A DNA stretch of 64,000 nt from Paraspadella gotoi (taxonomy: Eukaryota; Animalia; Chaetognatha): NCBI GenBank assembly GCA_051294375.1, contig CM119269.1:14457918-14521917 (forward strand), in the 5' to 3' direction. Within the stretch, counting starts at the first letter, position 1; every line of letters starts with the position of its first letter. The notes under the pieces are model-generated. The model saw only the letters and a list, made by a program, of their open reading frames with translations, was not told the origin of the DNA and did no database searches. Position numbers and translations under genes: made by a program. This document shows positions 62,985 to 64,000 of this stretch, one piece after another.

Positions 62985-63411
62985 AAACGAATTTTACTCC
63001 GATAAAAATGACAATGACGATTTGGACAAAGAAGTTGTCCCAAAAAACGACGACGACGACCGCGAAAACAACGATTACGACAATAAAAACTACGACGACA
63101 ATTACGACGAAGACGACGATTATTACCCCAAGAAGAACGACGATTACGACGACAATTACGACGACGAAATCTCCCGCGAAAGCGAAGAGGATTTCTCCAA
63201 CTTCCCGCCAGAGTCCGCCTTCTTCCCTCGTCCCGCGGGTCCGAAGGGAAAAAACAAAAGCGTAAATTATTACCGCCATTCGGCGCCCGTGCCCGAGGAC
63301 TCGGCCGACGCGGCCGCCAATTCCGCCGACGCCTCCGCCTCTTCAACCGTCAACCTCGAACTTTCTCTCGCGCTCCTCGCGCTCCGCCTCATTTCTCGAT
63401 CTTCGATCTGA
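54287..63411 (+). CDS. GDNF/GAS1-domain (GAS1/GFRalpha-like) GPI-anchored protein, 8 exons, ~795 aa
   Basis: Exons 54287(or acceptor 54342)-54430, 54869-54935, 55330-55509, 55651-55728, 56761-57010, 57529-57665, 59710-59843 and 62014-63411 join in consistent phase (2388 nt). Splice sites are GT-AG plus one GC-AG. Domain 1 is DCVLALKVCRTRSACDHSYNMLPAICLQEAGVCKATDLQRCNLYLKTMQTDPMLRPCFCNQ...ECLRIRRMLFQNTC. Domain 2 is SCSTHFTDCIKSDRCRQIFINYRRYCKWKHNKCIHKTKYQCALAHRELQTTGLSNCTCPLN...RCDRLQFKFVFNPC. Each has 10 Cys, a CxC and a terminal N(P/T)C, which is the GDNF/GAS1 pattern. The C-terminus NSADASASSTVNLELSLALLALRLISRSSI resembles a GPI signal. The start codon is uncertain. Confidence 0.85.
54869..54935 (+). 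CDS. GAS1/GFRalpha-like exon 2
   Basis: ttccag|GTG ... GAAG|gtgagc; encodes VCRTRSACDHSYNMLPAICLQE. Confidence 0.85.
55330..55509 (+). CDS. GAS1/GFRalpha-like exon 3 (second half of Cys domain 1)
   Basis: ttttag|CC ... GCCG|gtgagt; 180 nt, phase 1-1; contains CFC and FQNTC. Confidence 0.88.
55651..55728 (+). CDS. GAS1/GFRalpha-like exon 4 (linker)
   Basis: ctcgcag|AT ... ACTG|gtgaga; 78 nt, phase 1-1; encodes DAVFAQKQNLDANAMEQKAKQRVTPT. Confidence 0.75.
56310..56700 (+). mobile_element. Candidate tRNA-derived SINE in intron 4 of the GAS1/GFRalpha-like gene
   Basis: Has an A-box-like GGGCTAAGTGG (56317-56327) and a B-box GGTTCGAACC (56386-56395) inside the hairpin TCCTGG-GTTCGAA-CCAGGA. These are followed by ~300 nt of balanced-composition sequence unlike the AT-rich intron. 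No full cloverleaf; boundaries are approximate. Confidence 0.55.
56761..57010 (+). CDS. GAS1/GFRalpha-like exon 5 (linker and first half of Cys domain 2)
   Basis: ttttag|AG ... CCAA|gtgagt; open frame ending SCSTHFTDCIKSDRCRQIFINYRRYCKWKHNKCIHKT. Confidence 0.88.
57529..57665 (+). CDS. GAS1/GFRalpha-like exon 6 (second half of Cys domain 2)
   Basis: ccgcag|A ... CTTG|gtaaga; encodes YQCALAHRELQTTGLSNCTCPLNQKGDVSGRCDRLQFKFVFNPCL. Confidence 0.88.
59165..59303 (-). repeat. Dispersed short repeat family, copy C
   Basis: The plus strand reads agcctgtccaaagtcaggggcaagatagct...taatttttacattagttgtaccaatttcat, the reverse complement of copy A. Confidence 0.85.
59710..59843 (+). CDS. GAS1/GFRalpha-like exon 7 (K/E-rich)
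   Basis: ctctcag|AT ... GGG|gtgagg; phase 1 in and phase 0 out, matching both neighbouring exons. Confidence 0.7.
62014..63411 (+). CDS. GAS1/GFRalpha-like terminal exon (repeat-rich acidic stalk and GPI signal)
   Basis: Lies within the longest ORF in the window (61906-63411), with a phase-0 acceptor cttcag|CAC at 62014. It contains in-frame 21-nt and 30-nt repeats and a hydrophobic C-terminus preceded by small residues. Confidence 0.8.
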
Positions 63412-64000
63412 ATTTCCCTCGATTTCTTATTTAATTTCATTTGATTTTTTTTTTCTCTCGCCAGATTCGCTTGTTCTTATGTTTCACAGTTCGCTGAATT
63501 ATATTATTATAATTATGTGTTTTTAATTATTTTTAAAGAGTTTATTTTTTGTTTTGACGATCGTCGCTGCTCGTTAAACTCGTTGATTTCGGACCGTTTC
63601 GAGTATGAAATATTCTAAATAATATGATTTATTTATTTAACTTACATAAAAATGACAACTCATTATCTTGATTAAAATGGAAGTCTGAAGTGGGGAGTAT
63701 GAGCGAGCGCGTTCGACCCTTTCCTCTTTTGTGTTTTTGTCATAAGATAATAAATCTTTTTTTTTTTCAGAAAATCCTTTTTAGTTTGGTTTACTTTTAA
63801 TTTGAAAGTCAGTTTTATTTTTGTAAGAAATAGATCGTGTTCTTAGTCGTTAAGGGAACGGTCTGCTACGAAAGTCGTTTATGACTATTTTATTACATTT
63901 TTTTTATTGTTTAAATTTTTGTTGTGCCCGACGCCGATTTCCCCTTCAATACAATAGCTGAAGCGGAAGGATAAAAAGACGGAATTTACTTCTTACCTAA

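Noticed and set aside
61930-63346. Overlapping antisense and alternative-frame ORFs over the terminal exon
   Set aside because: They are shadows of a GC-rich, repeat-rich real exon. Only the 61906 frame fits the splice phase and the GPI-like end.

Overview
This is eukaryotic, probably invertebrate animal, genomic DNA (inference from spliceosomal introns and a GDNF/GAS1-domain gene). It is saturated with (GA)n, (GAC)n, (GAAA)n and (TATT)n microsatellites. Most ORFs in the supplied track are low-complexity artefacts. Two multi-exon genes can be reconstructed by hand. (1) A minus-strand gene at about 9.7-13.5 kb encodes a ~910 aa, largely disordered protein with a divergent PTB/PID-like domain. 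It probably continues into exons at 7.4-9.3 kb. (2) A plus-strand gene at 54.3-63.4 kb encodes a ~795 aa protein with two 10-Cys GDNF/GAS1 domains, a very long stalk carrying acidic Ser-Gly repeats, and a GPI-type C-terminus. The first ~43 kb holds two multi-kb inverted duplications and two direct duplications. Each is centred on an exact 25-N gap and differs mostly by indels, so they are most likely long-read gap-filling artefacts (roughly 17 kb redundant). Also present are a truncated LINE RT fragment (twice), a tRNA-derived SINE candidate, a short dispersed repeat family and several minisatellites. No rRNA, intact tRNA or CRISPR array was found. All domain calls are by eye; no searches were run.
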